A stretch of DNA of 64,000 nt, from NCBI GenBank assembly GCA_951406725.2, contig OX597814.1:132866001-132930000 (forward strand). Direction: 5' to 3'. This DNA comes from Octopus vulgaris. Taxonomy: Eukaryota. The translations under genes and the position numbers were made by a program. Positions 14,556 to 27,890 of the stretch are shown piece after piece. Every line of letters starts with the position of its first letter. The first letter of the stretch is position 1. The notes under the pieces are model-generated. The model was not told where the DNA came from and searched no databases. It saw only the letters and a list, made by a program, of their open reading frames with translations.

Positions 14556-17134
14556 TTATAGAAGATAAGTTGTTAGGAACCAGAATGTCAATTAGAAACC
14601 CTTACGGATCTTCGGAGCTCAACTCCTGCAGAAGACAACTAATCCCTCTCTCCTCTCGTATTCAACAAATAAAGTACTATTCCAATAATTATGTCGATTA
14701 TTTCCCTCTCATTCTCTCTTTCTTTTTCATTAAGTTCCCATCTCTTTCTCTTTCTCTCTTTCTTTATCTCTTTCACTCTTTCTTTTTCTCTGGCATTCTC
14801 TACAAAAAAATCAGCTGTGTTCAAACCTGAGGAGAGGCTGCTATGTTTATTAATTAGTTTCTAGGGTGTAGAAAGGAAGAAATATACATTATAACAGGGT
14901 GCTGACTACATATTTAAAAAACAAAAACAGTGCTCTGAATATTCCCAGTGTTTTTCAACGTCAGAAATAACAGCAGTAACCTTTTATTTCTTGATTAGTA
15001 AAAATATTGGGAATTAGCTAACGTTATTTACTGGTCTGGCAAGCAAGAAAGATACAGCTACGAAAGCTTTCTTGGCTTTCTGAGATTTCATCATGGCCGT
15101 ATAACCTTCGCTTGTTGACCCTGTGGTAAATTGATTTATATATAGAAATATTCGTAAAAATATTAAGGGGTGCCAAGAAATTGAGATTAATTGATGTTTT
15201 AATTATGAAAGTGCACTGACTTCATTTTGTAATGAAGTCGTGAATTTGGTGTTGTAAACACTGGAAATTCACCTACATGGTTAAATGCCTTTGTAGTTTC
15301 TTGCTCCTACTTACAAAATTCACCCCGGTTTCTAGGACTATATTAGAAGTATGTGCATATATTAATACATTAGTCTGAGTACATAAGAACTTAATGATTA
15401 ACGGGAAATGAACAGCCAAAATATGTTGAATTTAGTTTGCAGCTTTCAGATTTTTCTCAGAGACCATTTATTTTCGTTACTATGAATAGTAAAAGTGATA
15501 TCTACGAATCAAGAAATATCTTTATAGAATAGTATTGCCGAATATAGAATTATACGGATATACAGCTAAGCCTAAGTGAAGTTTTATCGAGAATTCAGCT
15601 TATGATTTTTATGAGCTTTATTCTACCGCAAACGCTAGTTGTATCTATGCGATTATATTTAATTGGCATGTCATATCTCTAGAAAATTTAATATTATTAG
15701 TCTAATCGCTATGTTTGAGGCGTTGGGATATTTGTTAAACGATAAAATGATTTACAATTCTACTTTCTAACGAAACCAAAGGGACATAAATCTATTGGGT
15801 CATGTCTTGTAAAAGCGGAAACATTTACATCAATAGCAACCCAGACACTTCAAAAATATTGAGTGGAGAGGAGAAAAAGAATTGATAAATACCTGATATA
15901 ATTGCCTAGCTTCAAATTGTAACTATTTCTACTTAGCGTAAACATTTACATCAACATGCATAATATTTTTTTTCTTTTTCAAGTCATGGTTTTGAGACAG
16001 TTATCTCGTTTTTATCTAACACGGTTGAGAAAAGTTCAAAATGCTTCAATTCACCTTTTTAACCACAGACGTTTTAGGGTCGTTGTGCCACAACCAAAGT
16101 TATTGATATACAAATACTGCTAGGTTTTGTACAGATCTGTAACATAAAACGTTCACTGAATTATGAAAATTACTTTGAACAGTCTTATGCGGGTTGTAGT
16201 CACAATTTTTGTTCATTTCTTTGTAAATTAAAGGAAAACAGCACTCACATCGAAATAGATTTTCTTCCCTGTTTCATATAGTAGTTTTCAGTTGTTTGCT
16301 ATGAATCTTGAACTGTTTTTGACAACTCAGGAGCGTACTTGTGAGTAAATTTATCTGTATCAAAACTATTCGTTAGCTTATGATGGCCATGACAGTTAAA
16401 TAATTTGGAATGTTAAAATTTAATATTCGGTTAACTTTGCCAGAATCATTAACACCTCACATTGGCTGACATTGTCTAAATAAAGTGTGCTTTTTGATCG
16501 ATTCCATTTGTCAAAAACATTATCTCATCCTATTAAAATATGAAAGGACAGTATTTTCTCTCCAGGATTTCGAATGTTGTACAGTTTTTTAATATTTTCT
16601 CTGATTGCAATTACGATGAAAGGTACTATGACAAAATTGTAGGCTAATTCATTAGTCGCCACTTCAGGGCATCTAATTAAAAGGATTTCAACTGGTAGCT
16701 ATGCTTGCATGAATATTGAGATTGCCTTTTGAAAATCTGTAGATTCATGAAAAATACTGCTTTCTACGCAAAAAATCGATTTCTAGAAACAATTTACTTC
16801 ACTCGTGGAATTATTATAATCATCCTATCATGCTATAATTCTAAATGATAATGTTTTGCCATAGATATTTTGACAGGTCCTCCATTACAGAGTGGTTAAA
16901 AATAGTATGTCGAAATAGCGTATATTATTGCAATAATTGTTATCATTTCTGGTTTCCATTGTTTTAACCACTGTTATAACAATATAATAATGATAATTGC
17001 TAATCTTCTAATCTTTGCTTTTGCTTTTATTTTGCTTAACTTGTGCTTTTATTTTTTACTATTTTTATTGTTACCGTAGTCTTGGAGATCATATGCCTGG
17101 AAAATTCCTTACGACATCTGATGAAGTTCTTTAG

Positions 17135-17290
17135 GGAATGAGTTCAAATACCACTGTGGTTAAATTGACCTTTAGTCTTTTCGCAGTTGATAAATTAATG
17201 TACTAGTCAAATACAGGGTTTGATGATATCGCTTATTCTCCTTACCTAAAAATTACTGGCCTGATACTTAAATTAGAAACAATTATTATT
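17135..17290 (+). mobile_element. decayed family C SINE fragment
   Basis: GAGTTCAAAT...TTGATAAATTAATGTACTAG...aattagaaacaattattatt resembles the family C body and tail. Confidence 0.5.
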
Positions 17291-19724
17291 TTATTGCTTG
17301 ATGGGCGGTATTTATGTTAAGCAAGTTTATGTTGTTATTCTTGGTAATCTTGCAGCGGTTGTTGCTTTCAAGCTTCTTCCCGACAAACGTTTGCTGCAAA
17401 AATGAATATACCTAGTACTATGATTTCTAATTCAAGGAATTAATAAGAAAGTGATGAAATTGTTTTTACCGGTTACGTCTCGTTTATTTTTTTATCCGAT
17501 GAATTCTACTAAATTATTTTGAAAAATCACTAGAAAATAATCAAATAATTAGAAATAAAGAGACGGATGTGTAAATTTAAAAAAATAAAATGGCATAATA
17601 TAACACACTTTATTAAAACCTATGCACGCAAATCTACATTATGATCTTATACCTTGCAGACAAAGGTACCATAATTATGTAACAAATGAAGCACCTCAAC
17701 AAATGAAGAGAGGTATTAGCATGTTGCCAACACTATAACAAGTTCATTTGAAAACAAAACAAAACTAGCCTACTCTGAAAACAGGTTGATCAACTGATGA
17801 CACAGCAATAACGGAAAGTGCATTGCAAGCATATAAAGTAAGATGAAAGGAAAAGCAATAGTAATTAATCGAAGGGTGAAAACGGTCATTTAGAAACAGT
17901 TGTAAATAACAAACTTTTCTTAAAGTGTCATAAGGTATGAATAAGCAATTTAATAAGAATTAGCTACTATTTAACAATTAAGATCTATTAACAATTACCA
18001 TAAATTAAATATTGATGAATTAGTGAGACAGATATCTTTCGTAAAAGATTAACTTAATCAAAAGGCAGATGTGCGACAACAACTGAATCAATCAATCAAT
18101 AAGTAATAAAGATATAAACTATGATACATGATACGGAATAGCAAATTAGGATGCATTAATGCAAAATCCAGGCAGAAAGAGAACGACATTTGTATTGGCC
18201 AATAAATAACATTTTGTAGATAAACATTTTCGGGAAAAAAAATTTCAAAATGAAAGAATCTGGCAAACAATATGCAGATACATAAAAAGGAAGCCAGCCA
18301 ATAAAAAAGAATGCCAGAGGCAAAATAAAGATTCACAGTTTAGAAAGTTAGCCTGAATAAAAAAAAAAGACAGTTCTCGCCTGAAGGTAGCAGAGGCATG
18401 AAACGTGAGACGCAAAAAAAAAAAATAATAATCCAGTAGATATATATGTATACATATGTGATTATATGTGTACATGTGTGTATGTATGTGCATGTGCTTA
18501 TATGTTTATATGTGTATATATGTAAAATACAAAATATGTCTATGATATTATGTGTATATGTGTTTAAAAGTAAATATATATTTATTATTTTGTATTAATT
18601 AAATGTTATTTTCAACGAATGTAAATATATTACTAGCAGTTAAACAGCATAGTGTGTGCGTTTGTACATATGTGCGTATGAATGTATATATAAAATGAAA
18701 GCGTATTCGAGATCTTCTGACGTAGTGTCTGCTTATCTTGACATTATTCACCAATGATCCAGTCTTCTGACGTCAGATACATTTATATTGACGTCAGCCA
18801 CCGAACAGTAGCTATAAATCTATATAGCTAGATATTTCAACTGCAATACAAAACCATCACCAGTATGTCGCTAAAGTAAAGTTGCAGTTAGTAACTATAT
18901 ATTTTGCATACGTACGCTAGCAAATATATGTGTAAATTACAGTTCAGACTACGCACATACACATACGCACGCACACACACTCACACATACACACACACAC
19001 GCACGCACACACGCACGAAGAGAAGTAAAAAATTATCCCCATTTTGGTCAAAATCTCTTTAGGCTTGCCGCACTGCGTTTAGTGTTCTCGTGGTTACCTA
19101 AACGAGATTTGACCTTGACCACGTAACCACACGTACGAATATGTAGACGTATTTATGTATTTACATTTGCACATGTATATCAGAGTGAGTTTGTGTGGGC
19201 TTCTATGTGTTTTTATATATGTGTATATGTGTGTGTCTGTTAGCAGTCATGCTTATACGTATTTATATACAAACATACACACAGGCACATGTATATGTAT
19301 GTCTGTATGTGTATGTATATATGTGTGAATATGTGTGTGTGCATCCGTGTGTGTGTATGTGTGTGCGTGTGTCTGTGTGTGTATGTATGTATGTGTGTGT
19401 GTATGTGTGTGTGTGACAGTTTGTTTCATACCATTTGACAACAGGTGTTGCTCCGATTACGTCCAGGTAGACTATCTGTTTGGCAAAGTGAAAGAGACAC
19501 ATAAGCACAAGGCTAAAATACTAGATTTGGTTTACTAAACTCTTGAAAGAAGTGCCCCAGAATGGATGTGATCAAGCTACTGCGTGGTAAAAAGATTGCT
19601 TCAACCATACGGTTCCGGGTTCAGTCCCACTGCGTGGTGCATTGCGCAAGTGTCTTCTACTATAGTCTCCGGCCGACAATACTGTTATGTGTAGATTCGG
19701 TAGATGGAAACTGAAAGAAGCATG

Positions 19725-19832
<108 letters not shown>

Positions 19833-19961
19833 TATGTATGTATATATATATGTATATGCATGTATATATATATTTATGCATATATACATATACACATATA
19901 TATATATATATATGTATATGCATGTATATATATATTTATGTATATATACATATACATATAT

Positions 19962-20430
19962 ATATAACGGGAAGCTTTATGAAAATAAACAAAAGACGAA
20001 GGCAGGTGGAAAACAAACGAACAATTGTATTAGTATGGCGCTCAGGAAATATATAGTCTTTAACGTTTCGAGCCTACGCTCTTCAACAGAAAGATACACA
20101 GAGAGAAAAATACAGATGAAATGAATGTAAAAAAGTGGTAATATAAGAGAAAATAAAAATACAACAAACGGGACAGTTTATGCGAACAAGTTCAAGGTTG
20201 AAAGTTCAAGGTGAGAAATATATATATTTATGTATATATACAATGGTAATATCCAAGAGGTAAAGAAACAGGTAGAGGTAAGTGTTGATAGTGGTATTGG
20301 TAGAATATAGGATAGTGAGACCACGTGAGCGCATAATATATAACGGGAAGCTTTATGAAAATAAAGAAAAGACGAAGGCAGGTGGAAAACAAACGAACAA
20401 TTGTATTAGTATGGCGCTCGGAAATATAAA
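19962..20430 (-). mobile_element. Penelope-like pseudo-LTR fragment with ~88 bp direct repeat
   Basis: 19962-20050 is repeated at 20337-20425; hammerhead motif at 20057-20094; flanked by TA-rich tracts. Confidence 0.7.
20057..20094 (-). ncRNA. minimal type-I hammerhead-like motif
   Basis: Minus strand: TCTTT-CTGTTGA-A-GAGC gtag GCTC-GAAA-CG-TT-AAAGA. Stem I TCTTT/AAAGA, stem II 4 bp, palindromic ACGT stem III; core has A6>U. Confidence 0.6.
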
Positions 20431-20470
20431 TATAACATGTATATATATATTTATGTATATATACATATAC

Positions 20471-20545
<75 letters not shown>

Positions 20546-21959
20546 GTGTGGGTATCTGTGTGTATTTGTCTTTGTGTCTGTGTTTATCCCTCTCTCACCG
20601 CTTGAGAACCGGTGTTAGTATATTTAGGTCCCCGTAACTTAGCGTTTCCGATAGATAGATAGATAGATAGATAGATATGGATATTAATGTTCGCTTTTAT
20701 ATTAAGTTATAATAAAAACAATTTTACATGAATTTGAAGGATTACATTTTGTAGAGTACAACATTTCTTTGACACGAATAGTAATAACAGTGATTTCGAA
20801 GTTTCAGCCAGCTAGGCCAACTAAGCTAGCGTCGGACTTCACTATATTTCAAATTCTATATAATACAATCTTTAAAAAATAAAAATAAAAACATTAAACA
20901 TTATGGTCCTGGATATATAAAATAAGCGTATCACTGCTGGGAATCTGCTTAACAAATGACTATTTAGACGCTCCAAAGCGGGGTCTAAGCGACAATTAGT
21001 GGTGCATGTATGAAGTAACGAAAGATGTTGCAGGATGTTTAGGTTTTTAAGGTTTTTATAGGCTGGAGTTAAAGAACAACTATGGACATTCTACTCTCGA
21101 ACGTCACGAAATACCAGCCCCCAAAATAAAAACCACTCTACATTCTTCAAAAGGGAAGGTGCAGATTCTATACTATAGCCCCTGTTTTACAATGTATCTT
21201 CTTCCCCGTGTATGTAACATAACAAATTTAAAATAGATCTGCTGGGTCAGAGAAAGAACTGCAAGTAAACCAGCATGTATATGATTGGTGGAATCTTCAT
21301 GCACTACTAGTAAAAGTGACCTCAATTTAAATACAGGGTATCAAAATACACTGTATTACGCCCCATACATACTTACTAACACCAATTTGAATTCTTTGAT
21401 AATTTCGTCGAATTCATTATAGAAGAATCAGATGTAAACCTCTAAATGACCACTAGAAAGACTAGAAATAGTAAGCAAGTTCCCTCAACTCATAAAGTCT
21501 TATAAAGTATGCAGACACATTCCACATTGCAATCACATCAAAAATAAAGACAGAATGGTCACCGCTATAAGCTATTTTTTATTTAGATACGTTCGAGTAG
21601 AACTGGATTGCATAATTCCTGTTCTTACATAATAGCCGTTCTTTTGTTATTAATTTCTTAATAAGTATCACTTGCCGAACTGATCTGCTGATTTATATAA
21701 AAGTTCGGAGTGGGGACTGTCGCACAATTCACACGTCCTTGTTGCCGGAACTTATTGATACGCTGAAATATAAGTATTAATATCGTACTTCAAGGTGGAA
21801 AAGAAACAAATGATTCAATGTTCTTAATTGATATATCTAATAAATATATATTTAATAAAGATGAATTTCTTAATTGATATATTTAATTATCGATAAAGTA
21901 ATTCCAGCAATTTTGCAAATTGATCCAAACGCTGTAAACTTCTCTAGATTTCAAGGTAA

Positions 21960-22880
21960 AGAAACACACAATATCATTTTAACCTCTTCACAATTGATGA
22001 ACTGTTTTCCCCTTCAATATATTATTGCAATGATCTGAATAGCTGATAGTCAGGTGGAGTAAAGTCAGCATTAAATGAGAAAAAGGCAAAACTTTCATAT
22101 TTAATGCTATAATCTTTTCCTGGATGACATGACCAATTTGCTGTTTTGCAGTATTGTGTAATAACACCCCTCTACGATTGACCAATGAGGTGCGTTTTTT
22201 CGGTGAATTTTTGTACAGTGCTTCTAATTTTGTACAATACTTCGCGTTTATCACTCCGTTTTGGTTTAACACTTTACGAAAGACAACACCCTTTTCATCC
22301 AACCAAGGACGGATCATAACTTTTTCGGGGGTAGCCTAGTTTTGAGGATGTATTCTCCCTTGTCATTGGGTGATAACCAATAACCATTGTCATTTTCATT
22401 AGTTATGAGTATAGGGAAAGCACATTCCATCATTTGTGATGATAATACCAAATAATGGTCTCTTGAAAGGTCACTTGAATGACTTGAATAAGACAACTCT
22501 TTGATAAAGTCGAGAAGATGGTGTAGGATACCCTGACGATGTTTCGACACATTTCCTAGTACGTGAAAGTGTTTTAGGATCGAAATATAACTTGAATCGA
22601 GCTGCTTTGATAATTTTCGCCTAGTTTGCTTAGGATATTCCTCTACTATGGATTTACGGTTTTCAGAAACTAAATGAATACAGAACTTAGTTGTCCAGAT
22701 CAAAGTGAATCTTCGAGAGAAAAATTTCCTGGACAAAACTGGTCAATCTATCGTTGGTATGCGCAGACACTTAAAGTTTCAGTTCAAAAATCTCTTGCCA
22801 GTTCTATTTCTGAAGATCCAAACTTGAATTCATATCGCATCCAGCATTTGAAATGAATCTGACCAAAATTCATTTTGAAA
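21960..22880 (-). mobile_element. decayed mariner transposase relic
   Basis: IHFKCWMRYEFKFGSSEIELARDF (mariner HTH start), IVEEYPKQTRRKLS, INAKYCTKL..KKRTSLVNRRGVLLHNTA, and a frameshifted PDYQLFRSLQ motif. Confidence 0.8.
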
Positions 22881-23269
22881 ACACATATTCGATATGCATA
22901 TAAACTTTTTGGTACAAGGCAACAACAAAGAAAGAACAAAATCCACTGTAACATAAAACTTAATGCGTATTTTACCGTAAATATTGAAAAAAGTAACCCC
23001 TGAGTCATCATGTCAAAAAGCGACAGTACTTGATTCAAAATTGATGTACAGAGTTGTAATAAATGGTTACTGGTCCTGCTATGGCTAGTCTGAAGTATAA
23101 CGCATATATATATATATGTGTGTATGCGTGTGTGTGTGTGCTTACATCCATTTACATATACACACACATATACGCACACATTCACAAGCATGCACACACG
23201 CACACACACATACACGCACACACCAACACATATATATTTATATATACTAGATCTTAGTCCTCCAATGCT

Positions 23270-24268
23270 GTTAGCACAACGGGTAACGAGGCATCTCCAA
23301 AAATCCCGATGGTTCGCTTTACAGTTAGTTCCACTGGGGCTGATTCCCATCGCTAACATGCGGTCTCGGAACATACCGCACCACTTATTTCTTGGTCTCT
23401 CATTCGGTCTGTTTCTTTCTTCCGACATCCACTTCATCCCAATGATTGAATGTCATTCCTGCGATATTGGAACGACATGGCCAGGAAAGCCTATCACCAC
23501 ATTCTGCAATTTTCCAATGGCAGCTATTCCCATCGCCTGTTCTTTTCTCACACTCACTTGGTAAGAGATACATACGACTGAACGTCAGTGTCGTTCGATC
23601 CCACCCAATCGAGAGATCTTCATTATCTTCTTCCAGATTTCAAAAGTGTAGGTGGATCTTGATATAACAATAGATGAGTTTAGTTGCAGCTTTATCTTCT
23701 TACTGATAGTCTTCGATTTCTATATTAGACGCAGACGTTGGAATATTGACGTTGCATAACCTGTCCTGGCCTTAACTTCCAGCTTTTGCATCACACGCCT
23801 TGGAAATACAGCTTCTGAGATATGTAAAAATATCGGCGTACTTGATTTCGTTGTGTTCAAGATTGACAAAATTCTGCTCGGGCTCTCCAAATTGACATGG
23901 CTTTGGTCTTTTCAGCGTTAATTCGCAGAGCGGCCCCCAAACCGTATGGGATATATGTCATGGGTTGCAGTATATCTCTGCTAAATACAAATCTGTCAGT
24001 TTGTCTGGTCCACACATTATTCCAAAACTTGCTCTATCCATCTCTTTCCAAATATCCAAAATTAATCACTACCAGGAACAAAAACGGCGACATGATGCAA
24101 CCCTGACTTACTCCGTTAACAATTTTGAATATATCTGTGGTCCCGCTACTCGTATTCAAGAAACGCTGTAAGTTCATACATAGTGAATTAAAAACGTGGA
24201 TACATCTTCTCAGGAACCCTTAGACTCTCACAATATTGCAGAGTTTATCTCGGTAACATTCGTAACAT
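23270..24268 (-). mobile_element. old RTE-type LINE, RT-to-3' portion
   Basis: Minus-strand translation FKIVNGVSQGCIMSPFLF, INAEKTKAM, and C-terminal RNRPNERPRNKW...NHRDFWRCLV. Confidence 0.8.
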
Positions 24269-24269
24269 T

Positions 24270-24560
24270 TACGAGATGCGTTGGACAGGTCAAGGTCATA
24301 TTATATCAGATGGATTTACCATCCTGTATTCTGGCATGGAGGACCTGATAATTTGATCAAAGAGACGACTGCAACATTATTGGGCTGGAAGCCAATATAT
24401 GATTGAATTATCATAGCAAGATTTCAAACTAGACACGGAAAAGTTACCGTGATTCTGGTGTATGCACCAGCTGAAGCTGAAACTGCAGGAGACGGTAAAC
24501 AAAAGATAACTTCTATGACGACCATTTGCACTTTTTACATATACCACATTTACTAACAAG
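24270..24560 (+). mobile_element. RTE-type AP-endonuclease fragment in inverted orientation
   Basis: Plus-strand translation EMRWTGQGHIISDGFTILYSG and LLGWKPIYD*IIIARFQTRHGKVTVILVYAPAE. Confidence 0.8.
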
Positions 24561-25419
24561 GTAATTCATAAGCCCGTGGCTATATTGAAAGATATTTCCC
24601 AAGGTATTTGCATGTATACGTGTATGTCGGTGTGTATAACAGAAAGTGATGCAATGTCAGATAAAGGGAGTAAGCAAGATTAGTTATACAAGTTGAGATA
24701 CAGTAATTTAGAAAATACTGGATGGCCATAATAGTATATGAATAGTTATATAAGCAGCAAGAGAATGTGCGTTACTGAAATAAGAAAATCAATAAAAAAG
24801 CAGAGTAAGTGAGGATGTATAAGGTAAACGGCCATAAATAGAACTTATTATTGGTAGCTATTGATCAATAAAAACACTGTGATATTGACGGAGAAAAATG
24901 GTTTTAGTTGCATGCAAACTTTGTTTAATTAAAAGTGTGTAATCCCAAAAACCAACATTTAAAAAGAAAGGAAAAACAGCTTCCAATTAAATGATGAGGT
25001 TCCGTTTGGAAAGGAGTAAAGCTAAAGAACATCCATTTCTGCAATGAAATCATATTATATAAAGCTTTAGTGAAAAGATACACGTTTTAATCTGACAAAG
25101 GAATGAGGAAAGACAAAATTAATAATTCTCAGTAAAGAATATATAAGAGAAACGCAGAAGATAAGAGAGAGAATGAAGAAGTAGAGGAAGTGGATACCCG
25201 TACACAATTCTTAGACACCATATACCTATACAACTTACTTGATCCTAAAGCCAATCCCTTAATATTTGTTGTCATCTTTAACAATAATATTTCCGTTGTA
25301 TCGGAAATCTGCAATGGATCTATAAGTACCGTCACGGTTATAACCTTGGACTCCTAGAAATCTGTTACAGCTCTTACCTAGCATACCTAATCGTTTAGAT
25401 CACCTGTGAACTAAACCCC

Positions 25420-25462
<43 letters not shown>

Positions 25463-25552
25463 AGAGAGAGAGAGATAGAGAGATAGATATAGATATATAT
25501 AGAATAACATAATATATATGTGTGTGTGTGCATATACATATGAATATTTGTG

Positions 25553-25613
<61 letters not shown>

Positions 25614-25974
25614 ATAGATTCTTGCACACACATATAGCAAAGTGTGCGTATGTACGTATATCCCTCCATATCTCAATACTACACTATTTGTATATCGTCA
25701 GTCATGAAATTTTCTTTTTTATATAATTTCAATTTCAGTTAAGTATCATACAACGTTTATTTTTAGTCTAATATATGCTTTACGCTTGCATTGAGCTATT
25801 TAAATATATGAATGTTGTCACCTATTTTAATGGAGTAGAAGGTACACTAAAACTTTTTATGTACGTAATGCTCTGAACTATTGAGAAAAACCTAGTTTTG
25901 TTCATAAAAAAAAACATCGGCTTCGTTAGATTTATATATTTCTTTTGCAAATTTCCTGATGTGAAATCGTGGAG

Positions 25975-26055
25975 GCACGTGCGATGGAGAATGGCTGAAG
26001 AGGTCGCAGAATGTGTGACGAAAGATTTCAGAAAATGGAGACGAAACTAAGAACA
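25975..26055 (+). ncRNA. isolated copy of PLE 3' segment with hammerhead-like core
   Basis: CTGAAGA-G-GTCGCA gaatg TGTGAC-GAAA-GATTTC; homologous to 13414-13495; stem I decayed. Confidence 0.45.
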
Positions 26056-26363
26056 ATAACAATATGCATATAGTGCATGTGTCTATTTAGAGAAAATATT
26101 GACCACCCAGTTGACTTTTATATGAGAAATGGCATGTAGCAGTTTGTAGCATTTTTTGTTGGAAGTTTGCTACTCTCCATCACGTCAGCCAAATGACATC
26201 TTTGATATAGACGACTTTTCCGAAGACATCATTCGAAGGAGGAATACAATTTGAAACTACCTCTTACATAGTGACATTTCTATTTGTTATACTTAACAGA
26301 AAAAGATAGCAATTTCTAATTCAATGGTATAGATTGTGCCAATATCACCATTAGAGGGCATAT

Positions 26364-26365
<2 letters not shown>

Positions 26366-26457
<92 letters not shown>
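26366..26457. repeat. (TATC)n microsatellite
   Basis: Direct observation. Confidence 0.95.
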
Positions 26458-26597
26458 GGCTAGCTAGCTATATATATATATACATATATATATATATTCT
26501 AAATTTATTGGAAATAAAACAATAAAACACCAAAGCATAATAAAACGTCTTTTAATTATGCACCAACGTAATAAATATATGCATACACACACACATA

Positions 26598-26702
<105 letters not shown>

Positions 26703-27345
26703 TGTTTTATTATTCTTTCTATTCTTTCATTCTTCACTTCTTTCTATCAGCCCCTTCACACTTACTTCGTTCATTCCACTCTTCGTTCCTGGCCTTCTCT
26801 TCATGCTCACCTTCCCTCTTCTTTCACTCCACTCTGTCCCTTTCATTTTTTCTCGCCCATCCTTAATTCTTCTATCCCTCTCTCTTTTCTCCTTATGTGA
26901 CCGGTGTTTGACCAAGCCAGACTGTTCTTTCTTGGTTCGACTACTATCTGTGCAACATCGATATTCCTCCCTGTGCCTGTCAAATCTTATGTCCCTGCAG
27001 TAAGGCTTTACTTACACACACGTCATCTTAATTTAATTCGTCCTTAGTCGAAAGACACCCGTCGTTAGTGTCCTGTTATTTGTATTTCTGCGACCATATC
27101 ACCCCTAACGTTTGGCCACCTCGGAAAGTCTGACATAGTTTGAGGCAAGTCCGGCTGGTTTCCTTAAATGCTTTCTAAGGCAGGGTTAGCGTAGTGTTCA
27201 TCACTTTGAGTCAGAGAAAATGAGACAATCCATGAGTGGAAACAGCCCTCTTCACCTGCTCCGAAGAATGTCATGGACAATTCTTTTCCAAGGAAGGCGA
27301 GTGTTGTGTGTCTAGTTTTGGAAATTGTGTTTTGTATGCGACAGA

Positions 27346-27411
27346 CTACGCTGATGAGCCTGCAGATATGTACATTTATAAATATTAACAAGTGAAACAA
27401 TTGGTACGTAG
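27346..27411 (+). ncRNA. type-I hammerhead ribozyme motif
   Basis: CTACG-CTGATGA-GCCTG..26 nt..CAAGT-GAAA-CAATTGG-TA-CGTAG. Perfect 5 bp stem I, complete core, GUA triplet, imperfect stem II. Confidence 0.7.
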
Positions 27412-27644
27412 GTAATCGTTTTTTATTTCGTATATTTTCATTTGTCTTGCTCATTTTTACATTCTGGCGTTTTGCTAAATTTTTTCTTGAGAACACACTC
27501 TTCGTTGTAAGGCGATTTGACGTCTATATTTAGCATATTAGGAGTCCACTGTGGTGGTCATTCCTCTTGAATTTGTATATATATATATATATATATATAC
27601 ACATACATGTGTGTGTCTGTGTGTGTGTGTGTGTGTGTGTGTAG

Positions 27645-27890
27645 TGGTGACGCATGGTTTAGTGGTTAGGGTGTTGAACTCAAGATCGCAAGATTGTGAC
27701 TTTGATTCCTGGACCGCAAAACACGTTATGTTTTTGAGCAAAACACTTCATTTCACTTTGCTCCAGTCCACTCAGCTGGCAAAAATGAGTAATCCTGCGA
27801 CGAAGCGACGTCCCGTCCAGGAATACATGCTCCATTGAAACCGGGAAACTGGCCCTCATTAACCTGGCATGGCTCGAGAAGGAAGCATTT
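27645..27890 (+). mobile_element. tRNA-derived SINE with CORE-like and V-like segments (family D)
   Basis: TGGTTTAGTGGTTAGGG A box, TTTGATTCC B box, TTGAGCAAAACACTTCATTTCAC, CCTGCGACGAAGCGACGTCCCGTCCAGG. The tail is shared with 31640-31745. Confidence 0.75.

Noticed and set aside
17118-17800. Isolated CTGATGA words at 17118 and 17794
   Set aside because: No compatible stems I-III; treated as chance.
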